Positions 8,322 through 17,371 of a stretch of DNA of 32,140 nucleotides are shown piece after piece. The stretch comes from Granulosicoccus sp. (GTDB lineage: Bacteria; Pseudomonadota; Gammaproteobacteria; Pseudomonadales; Natronospirillaceae): NCBI GenBank assembly GCA_047618105.1, contig JBLHFL010000001.1:1-32140 (forward strand). Direction: 5' to 3'. Under the pieces are notes generated by a model that did not search any database, had not been told where the DNA came from, and saw only the letters and a program-made list of their open reading frames with translations. The position numbers and the translations under genes are program-made. Every line of letters starts with the position of its first letter. The stretch's first letter is position 1.

Positions 8322-8696
8322 ATGCACGAACTGTCGCTGTGTCAGGCCTTAGTCACTTTGGTGCGCGAGCGCGTTGGCCCGCGGCCAATAACCCAATTGC
8401 GTCGCATTACCGTCGCCATCGGCTCGCTCGCCGGCGTCGATGCCGATGCCTTTGCTTTTGCCTTTGGCGCCATACGCGATCAGGCCTTGCATCCGGCTTG
8501 CCAGCTTGAATTGGTGTCGGTTGCGGCCATGGCTGTGTGCGATAATTGCGGTCGGCGCGGCGCCATTGTCTATGCATCCGCCGGCTGCGTTCGCTGCGGC
8601 CATTGGCCGTTGGTGCTGGAACCCGGAGGCGATGATATCTACCTCAGCGACCTGCAATTTATCGACTCAGGCTGCGACATTAATTCTATACAATAG
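8322..8696 (+). CDS. hypA: Hydrogenase nickel metallochaperone
   Basis: MHELSL N-terminus, two CxxC motifs (CDNC, CVRC), AGGAGG RBS at 8308-8313. Confidence 0.93.
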   Translation: MHELSLCQALVTLVRERVGPRPITQLRRITVAIGSLAGVDADAFAFAFGAIRDQALHPACQLELVSVAAMAVCDNCGRRGAIVYASAGCVRCGHWPLVLEPGGDDIYLSDLQFIDSGCDINSIQ

Positions 8697-8775
8697 AGCG
8701 TTTTAGAACGCGAACGCATAGGCTTTTTCGTTCAATCGATTGAGCGTTGGTAAAGGTGTTTTTTAATCTAAATAA

Positions 8776-8816
8776 TTGACCCACATCAGGCTAAAACGGT
8801 AACAGCGTTTTACTAT
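8776..8816 (+). promoter_or_regulatory. FNR/ANR-like box with class II promoter geometry upstream of hypB
   Basis: TTGAC-ccac-ATCAG (8776-8789; 8/10 to TTGAT-N4-ATCAA) and TACTAT -10 (8811-8816), which places the box centre near -41. Confidence 0.55.
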
Positions 8817-8903
8817 TCAGAATCCAGATACAAAACCGAGCTGCGCGGTCCGGTCGTTACCTCTACTGGTCCAATATAACACTCCGTTAACTGGAGGTTG
8901 TTT

Positions 8904-9725
8904 ATGTGCGGAACGTGTGGCTGTACTCCATTAGATACCCCAACCCGGCTGATCGATCCACCGGCGGGTTCCCCTGCGTTAGGTTCCCCTGGGTTAAAAG
9001 TTGCGCCAGCCGGCTGGCAGCCACCCCAAACCCCAGAGCACGACAGCGTCCAATTTCAAACCAGCCTCTATGCCCATAACCGCCAGCTAGCCATGGATTT
9101 GCGCCACCGCCTGATGGCCGAACGAATCCTGCTGTTCAATCTCGTGTCCAGCCCGGGGGCGGGTAAAACCACCCTATTGGTGGCCACCCTGCGCCGACTC
9201 GCAGCGCGCACCAAGGCTTATGTAATTGAGGGTGACCAACAGACTGAACTCGATGCCCTGCGCATTCGGGCCACGGGCACTCCTGCGTTGCAGATCAATA
9301 CCGGCCAGGCTTGCCACTTGGATGCGCAACGGGTCAGTGAGGCGCTTGAGCAGCTGCGGCCCGAGACAGGGTCGCTGGTCTTTATCGAAAATGTCGGCAA
9401 CCTGATTTGCCCAGCCCATTTCGATCTCGGTGAGGCGTTGCGCGTGGTGCTGCTGTCTGTGACCGAGGGCGATGACAAGGCGCTCAAATATCCCGATATC
9501 TTTGCCAGCGCCGATTTGGTGTTAATTACCAAGTGCGATCTGCTGCCCTATGTCGATTTTAATTTGGCCCATGCGCGCGCCAACATCCAAAAAATAAACC
9601 CCAACCTAGAGGTGTTAACCAGCGCCTGTGGCCGTAAGAGCAACCTCTCGGCCTGGCTGTCGTGGCTCACGACTCAGCAGCAGGCATTTATTCGCGAGCA
9701 CAGTCCCAATGACCACCCGGCTTAA
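8904..9725 (+). CDS. hypB: Hydrogenase nickel-insertion GTPase
   Basis: MCGTCGC N-terminus, SSPGAGKT, ACHLD, ENVGNLICPA, TKCD; GGAGG RBS at 8893-8897. Confidence 0.95.
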   Translation: MCGTCGCTPLDTPTRLIDPPAGSPALGSPGLKVAPAGWQPPQTPEHDSVQFQTSLYAHNRQLAMDLRHRLMAERILLFNLVSSPGAGKTTLLVATLRRLAARTKAYVIEGDQQTELDALRIRATGTPALQINTGQACHLDAQRVSEALEQLRPETGSLVFIENVGNLICPAHFDLGEALRVVLLSVTEGDDKALKYPDIFASADLVLITKCDLLPYVDFNLAHARANIQKINPNLEVLTSACGRKSNLSAWLSWLTTQQQAFIREHSPNDHPA

Positions 9726-12012
9726 GCCGTTGCCAACCGTTAGCGCGACGCCGATGCGCCGGGTGCAACTGCTGCTGCGCGGCCAGGTGCAGGGTGTCGG
9801 GATGCGGCCCTATGTTTATCGTCTGGCCCAGCGTTTGGGCGTGAGCGGTTTTATCCGTAACAACAGCGACGGCGTGATCGTGGAAGTTCAGGGCCCACAG
9901 CTCGATCACTTTTGTCAGCAATTTTGGGCGCAATTGCCGCCACCGGCGCGTATCGAAGACTGTCAACGCTCCGAACTGGCCGTTCGAGTCGGCGAACACC
10001 ACTTTACTATTGCCCAGAGCAACGCTAGCCGGTCGCCCCTAGATCCGCTGCCCGATCTGCCACCCTGTGATCGGTGTCTAGCAGAACTGTTCAATCCCAC
10101 GAGCCGTTACTTTTCGTACCCCTTTATCAGCTGCGCGCACTGCGGCCCGCGCTATAGCATTACCCGCACCTATCCGTTCGACCGAGCGAACACCAGCATG
10201 GCGGCCTTTGCCCTGTGTCCGGTCTGCACGGCACAGTATCGCGCTGCCGAAGACCGCCGCTTTCACGCCCAAACCATCTCCTGCCCGACCTGCGGGCCGC
10301 GCTATGACCGGCCGCTGAGCGAGGTTGTCGCCAGCATCGAGGCGGGCGGTCTGGTCGCGATTCAGGCTATCGGCGGCTACCAACTGATCTGTGATGCCCA
10401 TCGGCCCGCCGCCATTGCGCGCTTGCGCCGATTTAAGCAGCGCCAAATCAAGCCTCTGGCAATTATGACCTTGAACACCCGGTCGGCTCGGCAGTGGGTA
10501 TACTTGAACGATGTCGGCAGGGCCGATTTACTGTCCCCAGAACGCCCTATACTGATCGCCCCAGCGCGCAATGCGCAACCGGAGCTGGCCCCTCATTTGA
10601 CCAGCTTGGGGGTAATGGTGCCGAACAGCGCCCTGCACTATCTATTATTTTATGGCCTGGCGGGCCGACCCACTGGCACGGCCTGGCTACAGGAGGCCAG
10701 TCCAATCGCCTTGGTAGTCACCAGTGGCAATGCGCCGGGTTACCCCATAGCAGCGACCCGAATCGAGGCCGAGGCGCAGTTGGCTGGCGCGGTCGATCTA
10801 GTGGCGGGGCACAATCGGCACATCGTTGCCCCGGTCGATGATGGCATCCGGCGCCAGTCTGGGGTTGGCTGCTATGCGGTGCGCAATGGCCGGGGCACGG
10901 CGTTAATCAAGACCCCCTGGCACCAGACCAAACTGCCCACCATCTTGGCACTGGGTGCGCAGCAAAAGTGCAGCATTACTCTGGCCGTGGGCAATGCCTT
11001 CTATACCAGCGAACATCTCGGCGACTTGGATTCCCGTGCGCGCCGGCAGCGCTACCGGGCGGTCAATGCGCGCCTTAGCGATTATTTTAACCTTCGTCAT
11101 GCGCTGATTGCGCACGATTTGCACCCGGATTATTTCACCAGCCAACAAACGCCTTTGGGCCGGTCGGCGGTTGCGATCCAACATCACCATGCCCATGTTG
11201 CCGCCGTGATGGCAGAGCACCAATTGCAGCAACCGTTGGTCGCCGTGGCCGTCGATGGTTACGGCTATGGCCTGCGCGGAGAAGCCTGGGGTGGGGAGTT
11301 TTTTTATGTCAATAAGTTTGCCTTCAGCCATGTCGACCGGCTGCCCAGCCTGCCCCTACTGGGCGGCGAGCGCGCCAGCCTAGAACCCTGGCGGTCGGCC
11401 TTGGCGGCGCTGATACTGGCTCAGGTCCGCGACCAACAGCTGCATCGGTTTGCCGATATTCCTCTGGCTCGGCACTACTTGCGCCAACCCCATCTGCTGC
11501 GCAATGCGCCACCGACTGCCTCCGCCGGACGCTGGTTTGATGCCGCCGCGGCGCTTATTTTGCAGCGCAACTGGGCCGAATACGATGGCCAATTTCCGCT
11601 CGAACTGGAGGCGCTGCTGAGCCCCTATGCTTTCAATGGGTCAGATCAGCGTCAAGCAGAACGGGCCGGGGCCGACCCGAAATGGGACCTGGTCGAGCTG
11701 ATTGGCCAACTGCTACCGATGACCTCACCCATTCAGGCGGCCGGCCTATTTCATCAGGGCATGGCCGATTGCATCAGCCGTAAATTAATTGCTCAGGCCA
11801 AGATATTCCAGGTCACCCGCGCAGTGCTGGCCGGCGGTTGTATGCTCAATGCCGTTCTGCGTGAGCAGGTGCGCGCTCGGCTGAGCGAGGCCGGGTTGGA
11901 GGTTTTTTGTGCCCAACGGATCCCCAGTAACGACGCCGGCATCAGTTTGGGTCAGGCCCTGTTGGCCGCCCATTATGCCGACTATGCCGTCAGCCTGCAG
12001 GATAGGGGTTAG
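9709..12012 (+). CDS. hypF: Carbamoyltransferase
   Basis: Acylphosphatase-like GQVQGVGMRP, two zinc fingers, RRFHAQ, QHHHAH, DGYGYG..WGGE, NDAGISLGQ; start taken at MTTRLK (9709). Confidence 0.92.
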   Translation: MTTRLKPLPTVSATPMRRVQLLLRGQVQGVGMRPYVYRLAQRLGVSGFIRNNSDGVIVEVQGPQLDHFCQQFWAQLPPPARIEDCQRSELAVRVGEHHFTIAQSNASRSPLDPLPDLPPCDRCLAELFNPTSRYFSYPFISCAHCGPRYSITRTYPFDRANTSMAAFALCPVCTAQYRAAEDRRFHAQTISCPTCGPRYDRPLSEVVASIEAGGLVAIQAIGGYQLICDAHRPAAIARLRRFKQRQIKPLAIMTLNTRSARQWVYLNDVGRADLLSPERPILIAPARNAQPELAPHLTSLGVMVPNSALHYLLFYGLAGRPTGTAWLQEASPIALVVTSGNAPGYPIAATRIEAEAQLAGAVDLVAGHNRHIVAPVDDGIRRQSGVGCYAVRNGRGTALIKTPWHQTKLPTILALGAQQKCSITLAVGNAFYTSEHLGDLDSRARRQRYRAVNARLSDYFNLRHALIAHDLHPDYFTSQQTPLGRSAVAIQHHHAHVAAVMAEHQLQQPLVAVAVDGYGYGLRGEAWGGEFFYVNKFAFSHVDRLPSLPLLGGERASLEPWRSALAALILAQVRDQQLHRFADIPLARHYLRQPHLLRNAPPTASAGRWFDAAAALILQRNWAEYDGQFPLELEALLSPYAFNGSDQRQAERAGADPKWDLVELIGQLLPMTSPIQAAGLFHQGMADCISRKLIAQAKIFQVTRAVLAGGCMLNAVLREQVRARLSEAGLEVFCAQRIPSNDAGISLGQALLAAHYADYAVSLQDRG

Positions 12013-12016
12013 CACC

Positions 12017-12298
12017 GTGTGCCTAGCCATTCCGGCCCAAGTCTGCGAGCTGCTGGCCGACGACCGGGCTCGGGTGCGCGTTGGGGACGTTCTTAAAACC
12101 GTCAATATCGCCCTGGTGCCGCAGGTGCGCCTGGGTGAATTTGTCATTATCCATGTCGGCTACGCGCTGGAGCGACTCGACCCGCTCGCCGCCGAGCAGA
12201 CCCTGGCGCTGCTGCGTGAAGCGAGTGAACTTCAGCCGCGCCGCGTCGAAACGGCAAACGACCCAAACGGACAGGAGCGTACGGATGAAATACATTGA
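12017..12298 (+). CDS. hypC: Hydrogenase assembly chaperone
   Basis: GTG start giving MCLAIPA; VIIHVGYA motif. Confidence 0.93.
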   Translation: MCLAIPAQVCELLADDRARVRVGDVLKTVNIALVPQVRLGEFVIIHVGYALERLDPLAAEQTLALLREASELQPRRVETANDPNGQERTDEIH

Positions 12299-13409
12299 AG
12301 AGTTCCGCGACGCTGCCTTGGCCAGAACCCTGGTCCAGGCCATCGGCCAGGCGGTCGAGCCCGGTCGCACCTATCGCCTGATGGAATTTTGCGGTGGCCA
12401 CACCCATGCCATCTACCGCTATGGTCTGCCCGGATTGCTGCCCAAGGCCATTAAAATGCTGCACGGCCCAGGCTGCCCGGTTTGCGTGCTACCCATTGCT
12501 CGGGTCGACCAGGCCATTGAGCTGGCCGGCCTGCCCGGAGTCATCCTATGCAGCTACGGCGATATGCTGCGTGTGCCCGGGTCTGACCGCCGCACCCTAT
12601 TGCAGGCTAAGGCCGAGGGCGCCGATGTGCGCATGCTATACAGCATCGATGATGCCGTTACCCTGGCAAGGCAGCATCCAGCGCGAGCGATTATCTTCTT
12701 TGCCATCGGCTTTGAAACCACCACGCCAGCCACCGCACTGGCCATCCTGCGCGCCCAAACACTGGGCCTGAGCAACTTCTTTGTGTTCTGTAACCACCTG
12801 CTCACCCCGGCGGCACTCGATGCCTTGCTGGCCGACTCACCCAATCCGGGCAGCTGGATCGATGGTTTTATCGGCCCAGCCCATGTCAGTACGGTGATCG
12901 GTACCGCAGCCTATCAGCAGGTGGCGCGGCGTTATCGAAAACCCATTGTGATCGCCGGCTTTGAACCGCTCGACCTGCTGCAGGCGATTTTGATGCTAGT
13001 GCGACAATTGAACAGCCAGCGCTGCGCGGTTGAAAACCAATACCATCGGGTTGTCCGGCCCAACGGCAACCGGCTGGCGCAAGACTATATGGCGCAAGTT
13101 TTTTGCTTACGCGCTTCCTTTGCATGGCGCGGCTTGGGCACCATTGCCGCCAGTGCCTTGGCATTGCGACCGGCCTTTGCGAGCTTCGATGCTGAACGCC
13201 ACTTCCCGCTGGCCGAACGGCCCAGCCGCGAGCATCCCGGTTGCGCTTGCCCGGCAGTATTGCGCGGTCAACTCGACCCGGCCGCCTGTCAGCTCTTCGC
13301 CGTGGCCTGCACGCCGGCCAATCCATTGGGCGCGTGCATGGTCTCCGCCGAAGGCGCCTGCGCTGCGGTCTATGCCTATGGCCGCCAGCCGCTTCGGGAG
13401 GCGCTATGA
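12285..13409 (+). CDS. hypD: Hydrogenase formation protein
   Basis: MEFCGGHTH, HGPGCPVCV, GFETT, PAHVS, GACMVSAEGAC; AGGAG RBS before the ATG at 12285. Confidence 0.96.
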   Translation: MKYIEEFRDAALARTLVQAIGQAVEPGRTYRLMEFCGGHTHAIYRYGLPGLLPKAIKMLHGPGCPVCVLPIARVDQAIELAGLPGVILCSYGDMLRVPGSDRRTLLQAKAEGADVRMLYSIDDAVTLARQHPARAIIFFAIGFETTTPATALAILRAQTLGLSNFFVFCNHLLTPAALDALLADSPNPGSWIDGFIGPAHVSTVIGTAAYQQVARRYRKPIVIAGFEPLDLLQAILMLVRQLNSQRCAVENQYHRVVRPNGNRLAQDYMAQVFCLRASFAWRGLGTIAASALALRPAFASFDAERHFPLAERPSREHPGCACPAVLRGQLDPAACQLFAVACTPANPLGACMVSAEGACAAVYAYGRQPLREAL

Positions 13410-14443
13410 AAACCTCGCAACCTGTTGCTGCCGGTCATCCGGAGCGCATCGAGCTGGTGCACGGCGCCGGCGGTCGTGCCTCGGCGCAGTTGATCGAGCG
13501 AATTTTCATCCGCGCCTTCGATAACCCCATGCTGCAACAGAAAAACGATCAGGCGCGTTTTGATGTGCCGACGCGCAGACTGGTGATGACCACCGACGCG
13601 CATGTGGTCTCGCCCCTGTTTTTCCCCGGCGGTGATATTGGGTCGCTGGCGGTGCACGGTACGCTCAACGATATCGCCATGGCCGGCGCCGAGCCGTTGT
13701 ATTTGGCGGTCAGTTTTATCCTCGAAGAGGGCTTACTGCTGCGCGACCTGCAACGCATCGTGGCATCCATGGCCCGTGCTAGCGAAGCCGCTGGGGTGCC
13801 AATCGTGACCGGCGATACCAAGGTGGTTGAACACGGCAAGGCCGATGGCGTCTTTATTACCACCAGCGCAATCGGCAGCGTGCCCAACGGCGTCGACCTC
13901 TCCGCCGACCGGGCGCTACCGGGTGATCAGATCCTGCTCAGCGGCACCATTGGCGACCACGGCGTGGCAATCCTCTCGGCGCGCGACAGTCTCGGCTTTA
14001 CCAGCCCAATTCGTTCCGATTCGGCGGCGCTGCACGACCTGGTCAAACAGATGGTGCGTCAGGTGCCGACGATCCGTTGCATGCGCGACCCAACGCGGGG
14101 CGGTCTGGCAACGGCCTTAAATGAAATTTGCCAACAGTCTGGGGTCGGCATGCTGATCGACGAGCAGGCCGTGGCCATTGCCCCGGCGGTACAGTCGGCG
14201 TGCGAATTACTCGGTCTGGATCCCTACTATTTGGCCAACGAGGGCAAGTTGATCGCCATCTGTCCGGCGGCACAGGCCGATCGTCTGCTCGCCCAGATGC
14301 GTGCCCACCCCTTGGGTCAGAGGGCTGGCCGAATTGGCGTGGTGACAACTGACCCACAGGCCATGGTCGAATTGCAGACCGCCTTTGGCGGCATTCGCCT
14401 ACTGGACTGGTTACACGGCGACCCCTTACCGCGCATCTGTTAA
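13406..14443 (+). CDS. hypE: Carbamoyl dehydratase
   Basis: HGAGG, FFPGGDIG, TGDTKVV, RDPTRGG, ANEG and C-terminal PRIC; ATGA coupling to hypD. Confidence 0.96.
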   Translation: MKTSQPVAAGHPERIELVHGAGGRASAQLIERIFIRAFDNPMLQQKNDQARFDVPTRRLVMTTDAHVVSPLFFPGGDIGSLAVHGTLNDIAMAGAEPLYLAVSFILEEGLLLRDLQRIVASMARASEAAGVPIVTGDTKVVEHGKADGVFITTSAIGSVPNGVDLSADRALPGDQILLSGTIGDHGVAILSARDSLGFTSPIRSDSAALHDLVKQMVRQVPTIRCMRDPTRGGLATALNEICQQSGVGMLIDEQAVAIAPAVQSACELLGLDPYYLANEGKLIAICPAAQADRLLAQMRAHPLGQRAGRIGVVTTDPQAMVELQTAFGGIRLLDWLHGDPLPRIC

Positions 14444-14517
14444 CCGGCCCCATGAACGGTCCCTGGAGAATGAACCGGGCGGACGGAAATCCGACTCCGC
14501 AGCTGAGGAATCCAATA

Positions 14518-15696
14518 ATGAAACAAGAACAGTATCTAGCCCGAAAACACCTAAAGGAGTTACTCACCTCCCTGATCGAGGATGGCTATCAATGTATCGG
14601 GCCGCAAGTGCGTGACGGGGCCATTGTCTACGCTCCACTGACCTCTATTGACCAACTGCCTTGGGGGGTTAGCGATCGGCAACAGCCCGGCGGCTATAAG
14701 TTGAGCGCAGCGCCGGCGTCCCCCGCCGGACTGAATGCTGAGCTACAACCGGTGCACCCCGGCCAGCGCGCGTTTGACTGGTCGGTGCCAGCCACCAGCA
14801 TCAAAGCGCTGCTCTTTGCACCAAGCGAGCCGCTCTGGTGTGCCCGGCCCGATGCGTCGGGTCAGCTGGTCTTTCATCAGAGCTTACCCGAACCGGAGCG
14901 GGTTGCCCTGTTCGGTGTTCGGCCCTGTGACCTAAGGGCCATCGCTATTCAGGATCGAGTTTTCTTAGCCGGTCCCTATGCCGATATCCGCTATCAACTG
15001 CGTCGCAGCGAGCTCTTCGTTATTGCGCTGAACTGCACGCACAGTGGCGACCTGTGTTTTTGCATTGGCACGGGCGGCAGCCTAAACGCCGAGCGCGGCT
15101 ATGATCTGGCGCTCACCGAATTGGACAAGGGTTATCTGGTCCGATCCGGGTCCAAGGCCGGCCGTTCGGTGCTCACTCGACTCAACGCCCGACCGGCGTC
15201 CAGTAGCCAACGCAAACGCGCCCAAGCGCAACAGGCTGAGGCGTATCGTCAACAGCAGCACCGCCAACCAAAGCTGCCCAGCCCAGCAGAATGCCTCAGT
15301 CTGCTCAATCTGCCGACGCATCCGGAATGGGCCGCCGTTGCCGAGCGCTGTCTAGCTTGCGCTAATTGCACCCAAGCTTGTCCAACCTGCTTTTGCCACC
15401 GGGTGGTGGATCAGAGCAATCTGGAACTGAGCCAGAGCGAGCACAGTCGGCAATGGGATTCCTGCTTCAGTGACCAACACAGCTATTGCGCCGGCCAGGT
15501 AGTGCGCGCCGCCACCGAACAACGTTATCGCCAATGGCTCAGTCATAAGTTTGCCAGTTGGCAACAACAGTTTGGCGAGTTCGGCTGTGTCGGCTGTGGC
15601 CGCTGCATCAGTTGTTGTCCGGCGGGCATCGATATCATCGAGGTGCTGAACAGGCTGTGCCACAACAAACCGGAATTAGCGAAGGAGGCAACATGA
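14518..15696 (+). CDS. Group 3b [NiFe]-hydrogenase (sulfhydrogenase) beta subunit, 4Fe-4S dicluster protein
   Basis: GVRPCD, CLACANCTQACPTCFC, RQWDSCF, RYRQWLSHKF, GCVGCGRC; GAGGA RBS before 14518. Confidence 0.9.
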   Translation: MKQEQYLARKHLKELLTSLIEDGYQCIGPQVRDGAIVYAPLTSIDQLPWGVSDRQQPGGYKLSAAPASPAGLNAELQPVHPGQRAFDWSVPATSIKALLFAPSEPLWCARPDASGQLVFHQSLPEPERVALFGVRPCDLRAIAIQDRVFLAGPYADIRYQLRRSELFVIALNCTHSGDLCFCIGTGGSLNAERGYDLALTELDKGYLVRSGSKAGRSVLTRLNARPASSSQRKRAQAQQAEAYRQQQHRQPKLPSPAECLSLLNLPTHPEWAAVAERCLACANCTQACPTCFCHRVVDQSNLELSQSEHSRQWDSCFSDQHSYCAGQVVRAATEQRYRQWLSHKFASWQQQFGEFGCVGCGRCISCCPAGIDIIEVLNRLCHNKPELAKEAT

Positions 15697-16544
15697 AAGC
15701 CAACCGATTGCAGAGCGATGCTTACCTACCCTGGGTCGCCGATATTATCGATCGCGTCCAGGAGAGCCCAACCGTTTTCACCTGGCGCTTGCGCTTTACC
15801 GAGCCCGACATTCAACAACGTTATCGTTTCGAGCCTGGGCAATTCAACATGGTGTACCTGTTCGGCGTGGGTGAGATTCCCATTTCCATCGTCTCCGATC
15901 CCGATGATGCGGATTGCTATGCGCACACCATTGCGGTGGTTGGGCGCATTACCCAAGCCATGGCCCGACTCAAAACCGGCGACCAGGTTGGTATTCGTGG
16001 CCCCTTCGGTCACGGTTGGCCAATGGCCCAAGCCCAAGGTCAAGATGTCGTGGTGATAACCGGCGGACTGGGCTGTGCCCCGGTGACCTCGGCAATCCAA
16101 TATATACTGCAGCGGCGCGACCGGTTCGGCGCGCTATCGATTCTGCAAGGGGTTAAACGGTCCAGTGACCTGGTCTATCGCGCCCGCTATAACGCTTGGG
16201 CGACCGCTCCCGATACTCAAGTCCTGCTCGCGGCCGATCAGGCTGGACCGCAGTGGCCCTGGTATACCGGCACCGTGGTCGATCTGCTGAAACAGATCGA
16301 GATGAACACCCAGCGCACCCTGGTCATGGCCTGCGGCCCGGAAGCAATGTTGCAGGCCGCCATGGACCACCTAATCGACCTCGGCCTGCCCGCCAATCGG
16401 CTGTTTCTGAGCATGGAGCGCAATATGCAATGTGGCGTGGGGCACTGTGGCCACTGCCAACTCGGCGGCCAGTTTGTTTGTAAAGATGGTCCCGTCTTTG
16501 CCTACCCCCAAGTGCAAGAGCTGATGGCCATCAGCGGATATTAG
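15693..16544 (+). CDS. Group 3b hydrogenase gamma subunit (FAD/NAD(P)-binding, 2Fe-2S)
   Basis: PGQFNM, GEIPISI, RGPFG, GGLGCAP, CGPE, MERNMQCGVGHCGHC..VCKDGPVF; AAGGAGG RBS, ATGA coupling. Confidence 0.93.
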   Translation: MKANRLQSDAYLPWVADIIDRVQESPTVFTWRLRFTEPDIQQRYRFEPGQFNMVYLFGVGEIPISIVSDPDDADCYAHTIAVVGRITQAMARLKTGDQVGIRGPFGHGWPMAQAQGQDVVVITGGLGCAPVTSAIQYILQRRDRFGALSILQGVKRSSDLVYRARYNAWATAPDTQVLLAADQAGPQWPWYTGTVVDLLKQIEMNTQRTLVMACGPEAMLQAAMDHLIDLGLPANRLFLSMERNMQCGVGHCGHCQLGGQFVCKDGPVFAYPQVQELMAISGY

Positions 16545-16553
16545 GAGCCCAAC

Positions 16554-17348
16554 ATGCCTAAACTTAATCTTCCTGCCAAACCGCGTATCGCGATCCATAA
16601 GTTTGCCTCCTGCGATGGCTGCCAACTGGCCTTTTTGAATCTCGGACCGGCCTTGCTCACCCTGGCTGAGCGGGTCGAGATCGTACACTTTGCCGAGGCC
16701 GGCCCGGTCGAACCCGAGGCACCGGTCGATATCGCCTTTGTCGAGGGCAGCATCAGCACCGCGCACGATAGCGAACGGATCAAACGGATTCGCGCCGGCT
16801 GCACCTACCTGGTCAGTATCGGCGCCTGTGCCACTAGCGGCGGCATTCAAGCGCTCAAGAACGCTGCGGATGTCGCCGCCTGGACTCAGGCAATCTATCC
16901 CCACCCCGAGCTCATTGAGAGCCTGGCCCGTTCGGACTCGGTCGACCGCCATGTCAGGGTCGACTTCGAGGTCTGGGGGTGCCCAATCGGCAGTGACCAG
17001 ATTGTCAGCCTAATCACCGCCTTGCTCCAAGGCGTACCACCGAGCACGTCGAGCGATAGCGTCTGCATGACCTGTAAGCAGCGCGGCCAAAGCTGTATTT
17101 TGGTGACTGGCCAGCAGCCCTGTATGGGTCCGGTCACCCGAACCGGCTGCGGCGCGCTATGCCCAGCGCTCGGCCGCGCCTGCTACGGCTGTTTCGGCCC
17201 GGCGAACCAGGTCAACCACCGGGCCCTGGCAGACTGTTTTGCCCGCATGGGTCTGACACCCTCGCAAGTTGCAGCACGCTTTAACTTTATTAACGGCCAA
17301 GCGCAGGCGTTCGCCGAGGCAGCTGGCCAATTGCATGAATCGACCTAA
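16554..17348 (+). CDS. Group 3b hydrogenase delta (small) subunit
   Basis: KFASCDGCQL, VEGS, GACA, GCP, CMTC..C..CMGPVT..GCGALCP..CYGC; no Tat signal, so cytoplasmic. Confidence 0.93.
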   Translation: MPKLNLPAKPRIAIHKFASCDGCQLAFLNLGPALLTLAERVEIVHFAEAGPVEPEAPVDIAFVEGSISTAHDSERIKRIRAGCTYLVSIGACATSGGIQALKNAADVAAWTQAIYPHPELIESLARSDSVDRHVRVDFEVWGCPIGSDQIVSLITALLQGVPPSTSSDSVCMTCKQRGQSCILVTGQQPCMGPVTRTGCGALCPALGRACYGCFGPANQVNHRALADCFARMGLTPSQVAARFNFINGQAQAFAEAAGQLHEST

Positions 17349-17371
17349 AGCACCGCCACGAGGAGACCACT

